From Paraspadella gotoi (Eukaryota; Animalia; Chaetognatha): a stretch of DNA of 64,000 nt. The notes under the pieces were generated by a model. The model did not search any database. It was not told where the DNA came from and saw nothing but the letters and a program-made list of their open reading frames with translations. Both the position numbers and the translations under genes were made by a program. The DNA lies in assembly GCA_051294375.1 (NCBI GenBank), contig CM119270.1:12765117-12829116 (forward strand), given 5' to 3'. Each line of letters starts with the position of its first letter. The first letter of the stretch is position 1. This document shows, in pieces, positions 27,501 through 40,319 of this stretch.

Positions 27501-29714
27501 ACTTAAGCATGAAAGTGAGATCTTACTTGTAAGTGTGTGAATACCAATTGGAAGGGTTAATTTTATCGTGTTTCGAGAGAGCCCACCGAGGGGGATAGCA
27601 GAAGGGTTAGCCCAAATTGCGGGATATAACAATTAAAATGACGACAGATCCAACTTCGCGGTAGGACACCTACTCATATTGAGAAAGAGTCAGTGTGGAC
27701 ACAAGAACTTGTTCGCGCATCTCACTATCTCTGTTAGCCTTTTAGTCGGCTATAATGTAATAGGATGGCACAAGGCGTTAGAGAAGACACTGGGAACGGA
27801 GATAATGACGGAAATCACAGCGGCGAAAAAGGATACTACACATATAACCAAGTCATAACTGCACATTTAATAACAAAAGGTAAGCTACTGACCTTTTAAC
27901 TGAAACCTATAAACCTTATCGTTTTACCATTAAATATTCTTAACATATACACAATAAGATAATTCATTGATCTAAAAAAAGTGAATGGAAGACAAAGAGA
28001 AAGAGAGATGCACTGGACAGATTCTGACGAAAAGCAAAAACACCGGCGAGCACATCAGCTAGAGCTCGCAAAAAGCTCCCACACAGAGATCCGGCGATAG
28101 CCCGCAAGCAAGATAACGCGCAGAAGGTGAGCGTCTTTTCTTCTGAGAGCACTGGTTTGACAAATGTCAAACTAATGAGTGACGTTGTGTCCAACTCCAA
28201 ACTTATGTTGAACTTGATTGCTAAGTGTTTTGCTAGACAATATTGTAAACTATGCCGAAATTAAATTATTATTCATTATTCCATCAATGCATATGTTAAT
28301 TACTTGGAAGAAATTTTACTAATTTTGACTACTCAGCTAGTATGGGACTAATAGTAGCCCATTCAAAATTAAACAAAAAGAGCACGGTAATATCTAATTG
28401 AACAGTTTGATACACAATGAACAATAAAAAAGGTATCAAACTTGTTATCAAATAATATAAAAAACCATCTACATGACCAGGGTTCATAAAGGGAATAGCA
28501 GAGATCAAGGCAAGTTGATTCTAACCGAAATGAATCAGTCCCCGTGGGTTTATCGGCAAATCAGTCCCCGCGGAGATCTTTTATGCTTCTGCAAAAATAT
28601 ATCCCCACCGATCTTTTATCTGCGAATCATCCCTGCGTCTTTTATCGCGACTGCGAATCATCTTTAACCTTTTGAATCTGCAGTGATGTACATGATGTTC
28701 GTGAGCGATTAATTTACTCGCGACATGGAAGCCTTACAAGTTCACCACTGGTTGCACTGATATAAGCATAAATACCTTCCATCCATATACGTGGTTGCTA
28801 CTTTTATGACACGTGATGCAAGTACCTGTATCAGAACTGGCCCCATGGGAAGATGGATGCGGGAAAAGGCCATTAAACCGCCTTGCGGGTTAGAGTAAAC
28901 GCCCCCGCCAAGCTATTGTTATCCCATTGCTGGCGAGGGAGTTAAAAAAGTTACAGATTATCCATACTTCAGGCCAACTAGCCGGCTTAATGCCTTAATT
29001 TTAGCCTTTATCAGGCCTAACCTCCGACCTTTATTACAGCCAATGTCAATGGCTAAGCCACATCCCAAGCAAGCGTTCTATGTTACACTGTACGTATGGT
29101 TACAGTCTGACAACTTTCCACAGGCATGAGGCATGCACGTTGGAACGCATGATGTATATTGGGTAAACGCCAGTGGCAAAGCGACCTCCAAACCCTTAAA
29201 CGCTAAACAGGATGACAGGATGACGTTTCATTCCTATCGTGGAGGCAACGATTAAACACCTCAGTCTGTTGCTATAATTGTATAACTTTGAAGAGGGACA
29301 GTAATTATTGTTTATGAGTTAGTGATAGAACCGCTTCAATATAAGCAGTCCCTAGAACAGCGTCGGGATCAGCTGTAACACCGTGGATTACAGGCGGAGT
29401 TAAGCGCCCCCGTCCCTCATTAACTGCCCAGACGACCACCCAGGGCTGGGAGAACCCCGACCTTATGGGTTGGAGGGGGGGACAAGCTCATTCAAACGAC
29501 TTATGTTCTTCAGACCAGCGGGACGTGGTTTGTCTTCATTACGTTCGTTATTAGTTAATATTAATCCCGACGCGGCGGCTTAAAAAAAATTCAACTTAAT
29601 TCGATGGTACGTACCAGCGGGCCGAGTTCCGCGTTATCTGAAAACGGAAAAACGAAAATATCTTGGCAATTTAATCTCATTCTCGAATGTTGTCCGTTCA
29701 GTGGATCTGGAGGG

Positions 29715-29806
<92 letters not shown>

Positions 29807-30061
29807 AGAAACAGCTCTTTTTCTTGCTTAAAAAAGGAAACTAAGAAAAAAAGGAAGAGGAAAAGGTCAGGAAGGTAATCGCGAGGAAAGAGAAAGTAAA
29901 AAATTGAATCATTTGCTTCACGAGTTAAATCGTTTTGCGGAAAAAACCTTTCCTCTACTTTTTTTCTTTCTTTTCATCTTCGTTTCCTTTTTGTCTCTTT
30001 TCTCTTTGCATTTTGCTCAAGTTCGTTTATTCGTTTTCTTTGTAACTCCATGTAATACTGT

Positions 30062-30144
30062 TATATATTATATTATATTATATTATATTATATTATATTN
30101 NNNNNNNNNTTATATTATATTATATTATATTATATTATATTATA
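30062..30144. repeat. (TATAT)n microsatellite with an internal 11-N gap
   Basis: Direct reading. Confidence 0.9.
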
Positions 30145-30833
30145 TGTTACTATTATATATTCAATATATTCTATGTTCTATATATCACTTCGTTTTGCTT
30201 TATTTTGTTTCATTTCCTTTGTGTTTCCCTACTTCCTTTTTGCTGTTTTTATCCTAATTGTTTTATTCCTTTTTAGTTTAATAATATTGCTCTTTTTTCA
30301 ATACTCATTCACTTTTTACTATTATTTCTTTTTTCTTTCCTTTCCTTTCCTTTTCCTTCTTTTCATGTTTTTATTTCTCCATTTATTTCTATTTATTTCT
30401 TTTTTGTCGGTTTTTTTTTTTCATTTCCTCTGCCCAACGTTCCTTTTCTTGTGACCACAGCAATTTTTCTTTCTCCTCTCGTTTATTGTTGCTCCACTGG
30501 AAATTGTCGGGGAGAGAAAAAAGAAGGAAAAAAAGGAGAGAAGAAAAGGAGGGGAAAAAGGAGGAAAAAAAGGGGGCAGAAAAAAAATATGGGAAATAAG
30601 AAAAAAGGAAAACGAACAACCAGGTATTCGCGTTTAGAATTCTGTTTGATCAACAGATGTCGCTTTGACTTTCTGACTTTTATTTTCCCGTTTTCCTTTC
30701 AAATTCCGTTTCCCTTTTTTTTATTTGGTAAAAACGGAATTTCCGAATTCACTCGACTTATTTTGCTTGAAAAACTCATTCAGACGAATAAAAAATGTTC
30801 GGGGATCCTGGTGATCTTTGAGGCTCCAAAGTA

Positions 30834-30871
<38 letters not shown>

Positions 30872-33819
30872 NNNNNNNNNNNNNNNNNNNNNNNNNNNNN
30901 NNNNNNNNNNNNNNNNNNNNNNNNNNNNNNNNNNNNNNNNNNNNNNNNNNNNNNNNNNNNNNNNNNNNNNNNNNNNNNNNNNNCTCTCTCTCTCTCTCTC
31001 TCTCTGGGCCAAGATTAGAAAGTCTTTTCCTTTTCCAGTCCCTTTTTTCGGAGGTGAATCTTTTTTTTCCTGTCAAGAATTCGTTCCCAGTTCCACCCCT
31101 TTTATCCCTGCCATCCTTGTNNNNNNNNNNNNNNNNNNNNNNNNNNNNNNNNNNNNNNNNNNNNNNNNNNNNNNNNNNNNNNNNNNNNNNNNNNNNNNNN
31201 NNNNNNNNNNNNNNNNNNNNNNNNNNNNNNNNNNNNNNNNNNNNNNNNNNNNNNNNNNNNNNNNNNNNNNNNNNNNNNNNNNNNNNNNNNNNNNNNNNNN
31301 NNNNNNNNNNNNNNNNNNNNNNNNNNNNNNNNNNNNNNNNNNNNNNNNNNNNNNNNNNNNNNNNNNNNNNNNNNNNNNNNNNNNNNNNNNNNNNNNNNNN
31401 NNNNNNNNNNNNNNNNNNNNNNNNNNNNNNNNNNNNNNNNNNNNNNNNNNNNNNNNNNNNNNNNNNNNNNNNNNNNNNNTTTTAGATTCACTGAACCAAA
31501 TGAACAAAATTTTATTTTCAGTGAGAAGAATTCATTTAAGGTTACATTTGAGGTTACAAATTAGGTTAAAGATTAATGTTCGGGATTTGGTTATTGATTA
31601 GGGTTATTGGTTAAAGTTACAAATTAGGGATTAAGGTTTAGGGTAATGATTTAGGATTAGGGTTATGATTAAGGTTTAAAAACATTAAATTTAAAATTAA
31701 ATTCTGGGATAAATTAACACAAATGGGACACTCTTCGAAAAGTAAGCGATCAACCTAGCTCTCTCTTTCTTTAGCAGTTTTTTAAGGAGCTCCCAAAATT
31801 TTTATCCTCAATCTTTCCCAAACTTTTTTCTGTTTCTCCATGTTTCGGTTTCCCCTCAGCTTTTGCTCCGCGTCTCTGCGCTCTACCACTCTCTTCTCAT
31901 CACTCTCTCTCTCCTCTCTCTCTACAGTCTCATCCTTCTATCTCTCTCTCTATTGCTCTCTCGTCTCGTCGCTCTCTCTCTCTCTGCTCTCTCTGTCTCA
32001 CTTCTTCTTTGCTACTCTCTCTCTCGTCATTCTCCTCCTCGCTCTGCTCTCTCTCTGCTATGTCTGATTAATCTAACCAACGTCACGGTCCTCCGACGAT
32101 TACCATAAAGAGAGTAGAACCATAGATTGAGTTTTCCGCCAGAGGAAAAAAAAGTTTAATCTGCGAAAACAGAAGGAATGGTATAAAAAATACAAACTTT
32201 GGAGGCGCAACCTCTGTCTATGAAAATTGCAATACAGGCAAGAGGAAGCTCCTGCATGTTCTTTTGGGGACATAAATCACGCTAATCGCCTTTTTCCAGT
32301 GAATGGCCCCGGTTTATAGCCTAAAGTTGGGAAAAGGGGAAAATTCGTCGTCGTCTTTGTTGGTTGTCGTTGTCGTCGTCGTTGTTGTCTATTACTGTTT
32401 GCTGGCTTTTAAAATGTTTTCGTCGTGTGAGTGTTTGTTGTTGTTGTCTGTTGTCAAAGTGTTGTAAACGTGGTTGTTCGTCGTCGTCGTCTGTCGTCGT
32501 GGCAGCTACGTTTGGAAGGATCTGAATGTCTTTCGATAACGAGCGACGAACCAAAAAAGAATAAAGAGTAGAGACGAGAGAGACGAGAGAGAGAGAGACG
32601 AGAGAGAGAGAGAATGAGAGAGAGAGACGAGAGAGAGAGAGAGAGAGAGATCGAGACAGAGAGATGAGAGCAGAGAGAGAGAGAGAGAGAGGGAGAAGAA
32701 ACGATGGAGAGGACTGTGAGAGGAGATGGGCATGTTTGATAAGAGCGTTTAAGACGTAAGAAGATCGACGGAGGAAAAACGTAGAGTAGATCATTTGAAA
32801 ACAATGTTTAAAAAAATGTTTGAGAGCAGTTGTTGAAATGTATTATCGGACAAGACGGCAGAGTCGTCCGATATCAACGGACGTTGATAAACTCTAAGAC
32901 ACAACATTGCTTTCCTCACCAAATTCTATGCGGCTTCGAATCAAAGGCCGTTGACGCGGCAACTAAAGACAGAACTTATTAGCCGGGGCTAATTCCAACA
33001 ACTAATATTCATCTCCCAATTCTAAAGCCAATAGGTGTGAGAAAAGGCCATATAGTGGGTTGAATATCGATCGACTATCCTGGCAAATCTGTTAATCTCC
33101 TCAGGCTAGCCTTAGAAACGGGAAACGGGATAGGGCTAGAAAAGTTGTTCCCGACCGCTTCCTCTGCACAGCTTGCAAAATTCCGCTACAAATGTGTCTT
33201 ATGTTCCCAATTGTCCGCGCAGAAAAGTCATAAACATCTATTTCCTTTGATTTTTAACGCTCTAAGAAAATGCTTCGCAAAAGTCCAATACAGATGCCTT
33301 TTCCATTGCTGATCCTACACAAAAATGTACGCCTACATACAATAGTGGCACCCGACTATATTTTATGCTTAAAAATTACGCGATGCGAAAAATGAATCTC
33401 GTATCCTTTTTCGACGGAAGGAGGAGAAAAACAGATTATAAGTCAGAATCTAGCGTGGATTAACGAATTTTATTACGCGTACTTCAAAAGAAAGAAAAAA
33501 AAGAATATCGCGCTAAGGCGCGAATTCGTACTCCGCAGCCTCGCAAGGATCTGAAGAAATTTTTGATGGATTAATATCTTGGCACAACTGCGACAGATTC
33601 CACGTCGTCAAGTTCCATTTCGGGAGGTGACAAAAGTCGAAGGGACGAAATGCGTAAATTCACGATATATCCGAATTAGATGCTCGTCAATGGGTTATCA
33701 AAAAATATTCGAGCGCGTCTTCGGTGTGAACTGCGGACCGCAGAATGTTTGAATATGATATCATCGGAGTTCCATAATGGTTGGTCTTCTTGTTTCGGAG
33801 AGTTGTTCCATTCCTCTGA

Positions 33820-34202
33820 TGTGTTAATTTATGCCAGAGTTTTAATTTAAATTTAATGTTTTTAATCCTTAATCATAACCCTAACTCGCTAAATCATTAC
33901 CCTAAACCTGTTATATCGCCTAATTTGTAACTTTAACCCAATATACCATAAATCAGATTAAACCAAATCCCGAACGATTAATCTCTTAACCTCTTAATTT
34001 GTAAGCCTCAAATTGTACACCCTTTCAGATCGTGAATTTCTTCTCACTGAAAACTAAAAATTTTGTTCACTTTTGGTTCAGTGTGAATTTCTTCGGAAAA
34101 AAATCATGTGGCGCGTGCGGGTAATCAATTCCTAACTATCGTCTCTCTCTCTCTCACTCTCTCTCTCTCTCCTCTCTCTCCTCTCCTCTCTCTCTCTCCT
34201 TC

Positions 34203-34235
<33 letters not shown>

Positions 34236-34862
34236 TCTCTCCTCTTCTCTCTTTTCGATTTTTCTGTTCGAACCCAAAAACCAAGCGGAAACTAGGATAG
34301 GACGCAAGGCGGTATAGCTAGGTAGAGACAGGACGATGGCATTGGAGAAGCAGGGAAATACGGGATAGTGACTAAGGATGGCAGCGGATAATAAGGGGGG
34401 ATGGAGACTGGGAACGAATCCTTGACATGAAATAAAAGATTCACCTCCGAAAAGAAGGGACTGGAAAAGGAAAAAGCTTTCTAATCTTGGCCGCAGAGAG
34501 ATGGAGAGATGAGAGAGAGAGGAGAGAGACCCGAGGATGAAGAGAGAGATGAGGAGGAGAGAGAGAGATTGAGAGTGGTCGTACTTTGCGAAGCCAAGAT
34601 CACCAGGATCTGCCGAAATTTCTTTATTTCGTGCTGATGGATGAGTTTTTCAAGCAATAATAAGGTCGAGTGAATTCGGTGAATATTCCGTTCTTTACCA
34701 AATAAAAAAAAGGGGAAACGGAATTTGAAAGTGAAAACGGGAAAATAAAAGTCAGAAAGGTCAAATCGACACTCTGTTGGATCAAACAGAATTCTAACGC
34801 CGTAATTACCTAGGTTGTTCGTTTTCCTTTTCTTATTTGACCATTTTTTTTCTGCCCCCATC
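33820..34862 (-). repeat. Error-rich inverted copy of ~30570-31720
   Basis: 33835-34090 is the reverse complement of 31480-31710; 34370-34860 is the reverse complement of 30575-31120. Confidence 0.85.
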
Positions 34863-35941
34863 TCTCTCTTACTCGTGTGTCTCNNNNNNNNNNNNNNNNN
34901 NNNNNNNNAAGAGAGAGAAGGGCCGTGACAGAGCAAACTGCAGCGGGAGAGCGCGAGCGAGAGTGAGAAAGAGGTGGTTGACACACAACAGAAGAGAGAG
35001 AGAGAGAGAGAGAGAGCGAGCTCCCACAATCCCGCGACAAACTAAGTCTTCGAGGTTTAGAGACCAACAATTTACGACCATCTCTTCCCCATCCCTCGCC
35101 CCCCCCCCTTAAAAAAACGACAACCACAACAACAACGACAAAGCGTGATGCGACCGGCAAAAAAAAGTCGTAAAAACGGACTATAAAACGGAAAAGCGAC
35201 TTTCGGGAGTCATTTTTCAGTTTTTCGCATTATTTTCCTTCGAAGCTTTCGACGTTGCTTTTTTTTGCGAATAAGTAGGCGGAGGTTGTACGACGAAGAC
35301 GCATCGGCTATAATGGTCTTGTCACGTGGAAATGAGGCGGTTATTGCGGCAACAGTATTGCCGCAGTATTGCAGTATTATTACAGTAGTATTACGGCTTT
35401 ATTACGATGGCCGTTGACGACGAAATGGAGAAAGATTATGATTTTGTAATTTCGTTCGGATAAACGCATTGGAAGGCAGAAATCACTATTTCATGACAAT
35501 AAAAAAGATGTTTTCATGGTTACTTTATAGTTTATACGAACGACTATTTTTGTTTTCCTGGTATAGTAGTAAACTAAATTACCCGTTGTGAGTTACCTTA
35601 TAAAAAATTTTGTTTCTAAGGTTACAAAAATATGCTGTATGCTCCTGTATGATTTCTATTGCTGGGAATTTTATGCGTCTGTAGCAGCTGTAATGTGGGT
35701 CGTAGTGAGAAATTGCTGCTGCTGGGGTCAGGATGGGCGGCAGTTTTCCGCTGTTTCTCCATAAGACGCGAAACGAGGGTCGTTCACTCGAAAGTCACGG
35801 CCAAAGGACGGCGCTTCTCAAAAATGATGTTGTTTGGTGTTCGTCAATAATGTATAATCGCTGGTTAATATTTATGTGTCTTTAAGTGTTTTTTCTCGAG
35901 AAGACATAATGTTCAAGTTATAAAAGTAATTGGCAGTCTCG

Positions 35942-35983
<42 letters not shown>

Positions 35984-36502
35984 ATTTAATCTGAACATCA
36001 TGTAACTTTATGATAAAAACTCTGCCGGTGCATTATGACAACGTAGGGAATGTAAAAAATATTGAAAGAATGTTTTATTTGTTGTCATAATTTGGTTTTG
36101 ATTGACGGTCGAGCTTCATTCTCGAGATGAATGCCAACGAGGAAAAATGATTAAAAAAAAGCGTGATAAGTGATAACTTACTTTTTTTTCTTTCTTTCTT
36201 TCTTTTTTCCTTCCATTCTTTCTCTCCTTCTTCCTTTTTTCTTTTTTCTTTTTTCTTTTTTCTTTTTTCTTTTTTCTTTTTTCTTTTTTCTTTTTTCTTT
36301 TTTCTTTTCTCTCTGTTAAAACTCAATGAAAAACCGCATCCGCTCTCTTCATTCACGGAGGAATTTCAGGAGATAAAATTAAAGCCCACTCTTATCTCAC
36401 GGCGGTAGTTAGTAAATCTCCGAGACTTAACTCATAATTCTTTTTTTTTTTTCTGGGAGAGAAGAGGAAGGGAGAGAGAGGATCTGAGGAAAGAAAATGG
36501 AC

Positions 36503-36588
<86 letters not shown>

Positions 36589-37009
36589 AAAATCTCGTCT
36601 TTAGTTGTCCATTTGTTTTCTACTTCCTCGATTCGGCGTCATTCGTGTCGAGTCTCAAGAAACCTGGTGGCTGAAATCGGAATGACGAACAAAATAGCAT
36701 CGCGACGCCAGCTTGTCTCTCAAGACTCACCTAGTAATACCTAAGAAATCACCTTTACCCGTTTACTCGTCCAATTTTCACACTTTCTTAACTTTTTTAA
36801 CCGTGAATTATGAGCGTCAAAAAAAGTTAGTGACGCGGAGGAATCCAATTTTGCGTTGGACGGAAACTCCGGGTGATTCACTCCGGAATCGCGATCGTGA
36901 ACCTTCTTTCACGACCGCATCAAAACAAAAACAAAGTTTTTCACGAAGAAACAACCCGGGGGCCAGGTGGCCTCCGAGGAGGCGATTCTCTCCACCGTTG
37001 TGGTCGATG

Positions 37010-37242
37010 AGGTTGTGGCTGCCGCTGTTGAGTTTGATCGTGGTCGATGTCTGGGTTGTGGTTGCCGCTATTAAGTTTTATGGTGGTCGATATCTGGGTT
37101 GTGGTTGCGGCTATTAAGTTTGATCGTGGTCCATGTCTGGGTTGTGGTTGCCGCTATTAAGTTTGATCGTGGTCCATATCTGGGTTGTGGTCGCCGCTAT
37201 TAAGTTTGATGGTGGTCGAACTTGGGGTTGTGGTTGTCGCTG
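37010..37242. repeat. ~43 bp minisatellite
   Basis: Unit gggttgtggttgccgctattaagtttgatcgtggtccatgtct, ~5-6 copies. The mirrored array at ~44130-44490 is longer. Confidence 0.85.
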
Positions 37243-37516
37243 ACTTTAGCAGCGATCAAAATCACGAAAATGCCATTTCAAAATCAGTTCATTCTTTGAC
37301 AGGTTTTCCGTTGCGGTTTTGATGACGACAGCTGTTGTTGACGTTTTTGTCGTCGTTGTGTCGTGTTGAGTCTGTTGACAGGGTCGTCGTCGTCGATGCC
37401 GAGAACCTTTTCGTTCGACGTCGTTCGTGTCTTTCGTTGTCATAAAAAAGTAAATGTTACAAGGATTTTGAACCCAAACAATTTTTTTCGTACGAACATT
37501 TTTAAGCTCTCACTCG

Positions 37517-37560
37517 TCTTCTTCTTCTTCTTCTTCTTCTTCTTCTTCTTCTTCTTCTTC

Positions 37561-37655
<95 letters not shown>
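37517..37655. repeat. Compound (TTC)n(TTG)n microsatellite
   Basis: Direct reading. Confidence 0.95.
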
Positions 37656-38239
37656 ATCGAGACTCGTTTTTCCCCGACGTCGCGGTTGACTGATTTAATC
37701 ATCGATATCTCTACTTCCGATTCGGTGCATCATAGAACCAGGTGCAGCTGGAGGTGCAGCTGCAGGTGCAGGATGCCGAGAACAAAAATGGCGCGGGAAA
37801 GAGACAAGGTCTTTCAGCTCATCTGATAATAATGAACGTTTTCCCGTACGTCAAGAATAATACACGCTTCAAATTTTAAATATTGTTAGTTAAATTCTTT
37901 TAAACATAACATAACATAACATATTGTACAAATAAAAATAAAGATAAGGACCAAAAAAAGTTGCTCCGCTCGCTCACAATTTAACCGTCGGTAAACAACG
38001 CAAAACCCTTTTTTTTTCGAGCATTTTCTCGTAACCCTCTTTTCTTCTGCTCAGACCGAGCCATTTTTACCGTCCAATGGCCATTTTCCGCCTCCCAAAG
38101 GGGACAGGCACTTCGCCCCAGCCCCCCTCCACCGCCTTACCCCTTACCCCTACCTCACTCATGACCCTCAATCCGGCCTTTTGACCGAACGTCGCCCTCT
38201 GAAGAAGAAATGGTCTCGATGGTCTTTTGTTTCCCTCCG

Positions 38240-38920
38240 AGGATTAGGGGTAGGGTTCGTGGGGATTAGGTGTAGGGTTTGCGGGGATGAGGGGTAGAGT
38301 TCGTGGGGATTAGGGGTAGGGTTCGTAGGGAATAGGGGTAGGGTTTGTGAGGATTAGGTATAGGATTCGTGCTGATTAGGGGTAGAGTTCGTAGGGATTA
38401 GGGGCAGGGTTCATGGGGATTAGGGGTGTATACTATAGTGGTTACAGCTGGGTAGCGAGGCTGTATGAAATTTTCTGCTGTCCACCTTACTATGGCTTCA
38501 GAGTGTAGTGGTTACAGCTGGGAGCGAGGCTGTATGAAATTTTCTGCTGTCCACCTTACTATGGCTTCAGAGTGTAGTGGTTACAGCTGGGTAGCGAGGG
38601 CTGTATGAAATTTTCTGCTGTCCACCTTACTATGGCTTCAGAGTGGGGTAGGGTTCGTGGGTTTTATGGGAAGATTTCGTGGGGATTAGGAGAAGAGTTT
38701 GTAAAGATTAGGGGTAGGGTTCGTTTGGATCAGGGGTAGTGTTCGTGGGGATTAAGGGTAGTGTTCGTGGGGATTAGGGGTAGAGTTCGCGGGGATTAGG
38801 TGTATAGTTCGTGGGGATTAGGTGTAGGGTTCGTGGGGATTAGGGGTAGTGATCGTGGGAATTAGGGGCAGGGTTCGTGGGGATTAGGGGAAGAGTTCGT
38901 GTAGATTAGGGGTAGGGTTC
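38240..38920. repeat. 22 bp G-rich minisatellite interrupted by a ~70 bp tandem repeat (38434-38644)
   Basis: Unit ggggattaggggtagggttcgt. Inner unit gtagtggttacagctgggtagcgaggctgtatgaaattttctgctgtccaccttactatggcttcagagt occurs 3 times. Confidence 0.9.
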
Positions 38921-40319
38921 TAGGAGGTTGACTAGGGTTCTTAATATTAGGGTTAAATCTAGGTTAAAACATAGAGGATAAGTATGCTGTATGGCTTCGA
39001 CATATTTTTTTGCCCTTGCAGTTTTTTGTGGTCATTCGTTCCAAGTGCCATTGACGCCGCAGGTCAGTTGAAAGCTCCTCCATTTACTAAAGTTCTTTTT
39101 TTTTCTTTTATCTTAATGTCTTTCTCTTTTGCTCTTTTATCTCCCATCTTAACACCGACTCGTAGAATAGGAAATTGTCGGCCATTTTGTTTTGTTTTTT
39201 TTTTCAGCTGAAAACGACTCGTTGCTCATTTCGGTCGATTAGGCTTATTTCATTTGGTCGTTTGTTTTATCTATAAAAAAAAAAAAAATCCTCAAAATTG
39301 ATGTTTTTTGTTTTCCATTTAATTTTTTTCCTTTCCTTTTTTTTTTGTTTTCTTCCTCCCTTCTTCATCTCATTCCATCTGTCCATTCATCTTTTTCTTC
39401 TTTTTTCATCTTTCTTCTTTTCCTTCCTCTGTGGCTTTATTCCTTTTTCTCTTCCTCCCCATTAATTTCCTATGAGGCGAGAAGACGTTATGACTCCAAA
39501 GACGGAACGGTAGCGCCCCCTAGAAACTCACTGGAGCCTCCCAGACACTTACGGAAGCGTCTCAGTCACTGACGATAGCTTTTGAGCGACTTGGGTCATC
39601 CCGTTACCTTTCTCCACTCTGCTCTCTTTCCTCCTTTGCTTCTTTGCCTTCGTCGTCCCTTTTTCCGACGCCATAGATCACGGGCGATTTTCATTCTTAT
39701 TGGCCGAGAAGAATTTCTCTCTTTCTTTAAGCCTTTTAATCGTTTTAATTTAAACAATAAACAAGAAATATGTTGCGTTTTCAACTAATGACTGGATGTA
39801 CAATGGTTGTACAGTGTACAATTTCGATTTTTACAGAATTTTCTAGTTTGAAATTGGTACAACCAATATGAAAATTATCATTAGTATTCTCATAAAATTA
39901 TCCATTCATTCAATAAATAAGCTATCTTGATCCGGACTTTTGAGAGGCTATGGTGGGTTATCATACCAGATAATAACATAGCGGGAAAATGCAATCTATC
40001 AATCAATGAATCACACACCCATGGTGCCAATGAAGTGGTATAATATTTAAAAGAATGTTTCTATAGAAAAGCATAAGAATGGAATTTCCTTCTGACTCTG
40101 ATGGTCACAAGAATTGATTAACTCGAGGGAAATTGATCGAAACCGCATTGAGAAAAAAGATGAAATGCGGATGACTTCAGGTCCGTGAGAGTCAGATCTC
40201 GATTTTGATTGAAGACGAGCTTTTGTCAGTGACAAATAAAGATGAATAATGTGANNNNNNNNNNNNNNNNNNNNNNNNNTAAGAATGGCCTCTCTCTCTC
40301 TCTCTCTCTCTCATTCTCT

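Noticed and set aside
25146-29560. Non-repetitive-looking segment with short ORFs
   Set aside because: It follows a 25-N gap and looks like low-quality fill; no protein or RNA motif could be recognised.
37010-38920. Regular repeats as a CRISPR array
   Set aside because: Head-to-tail units without unique spacers, no cas genes, and a eukaryotic context.
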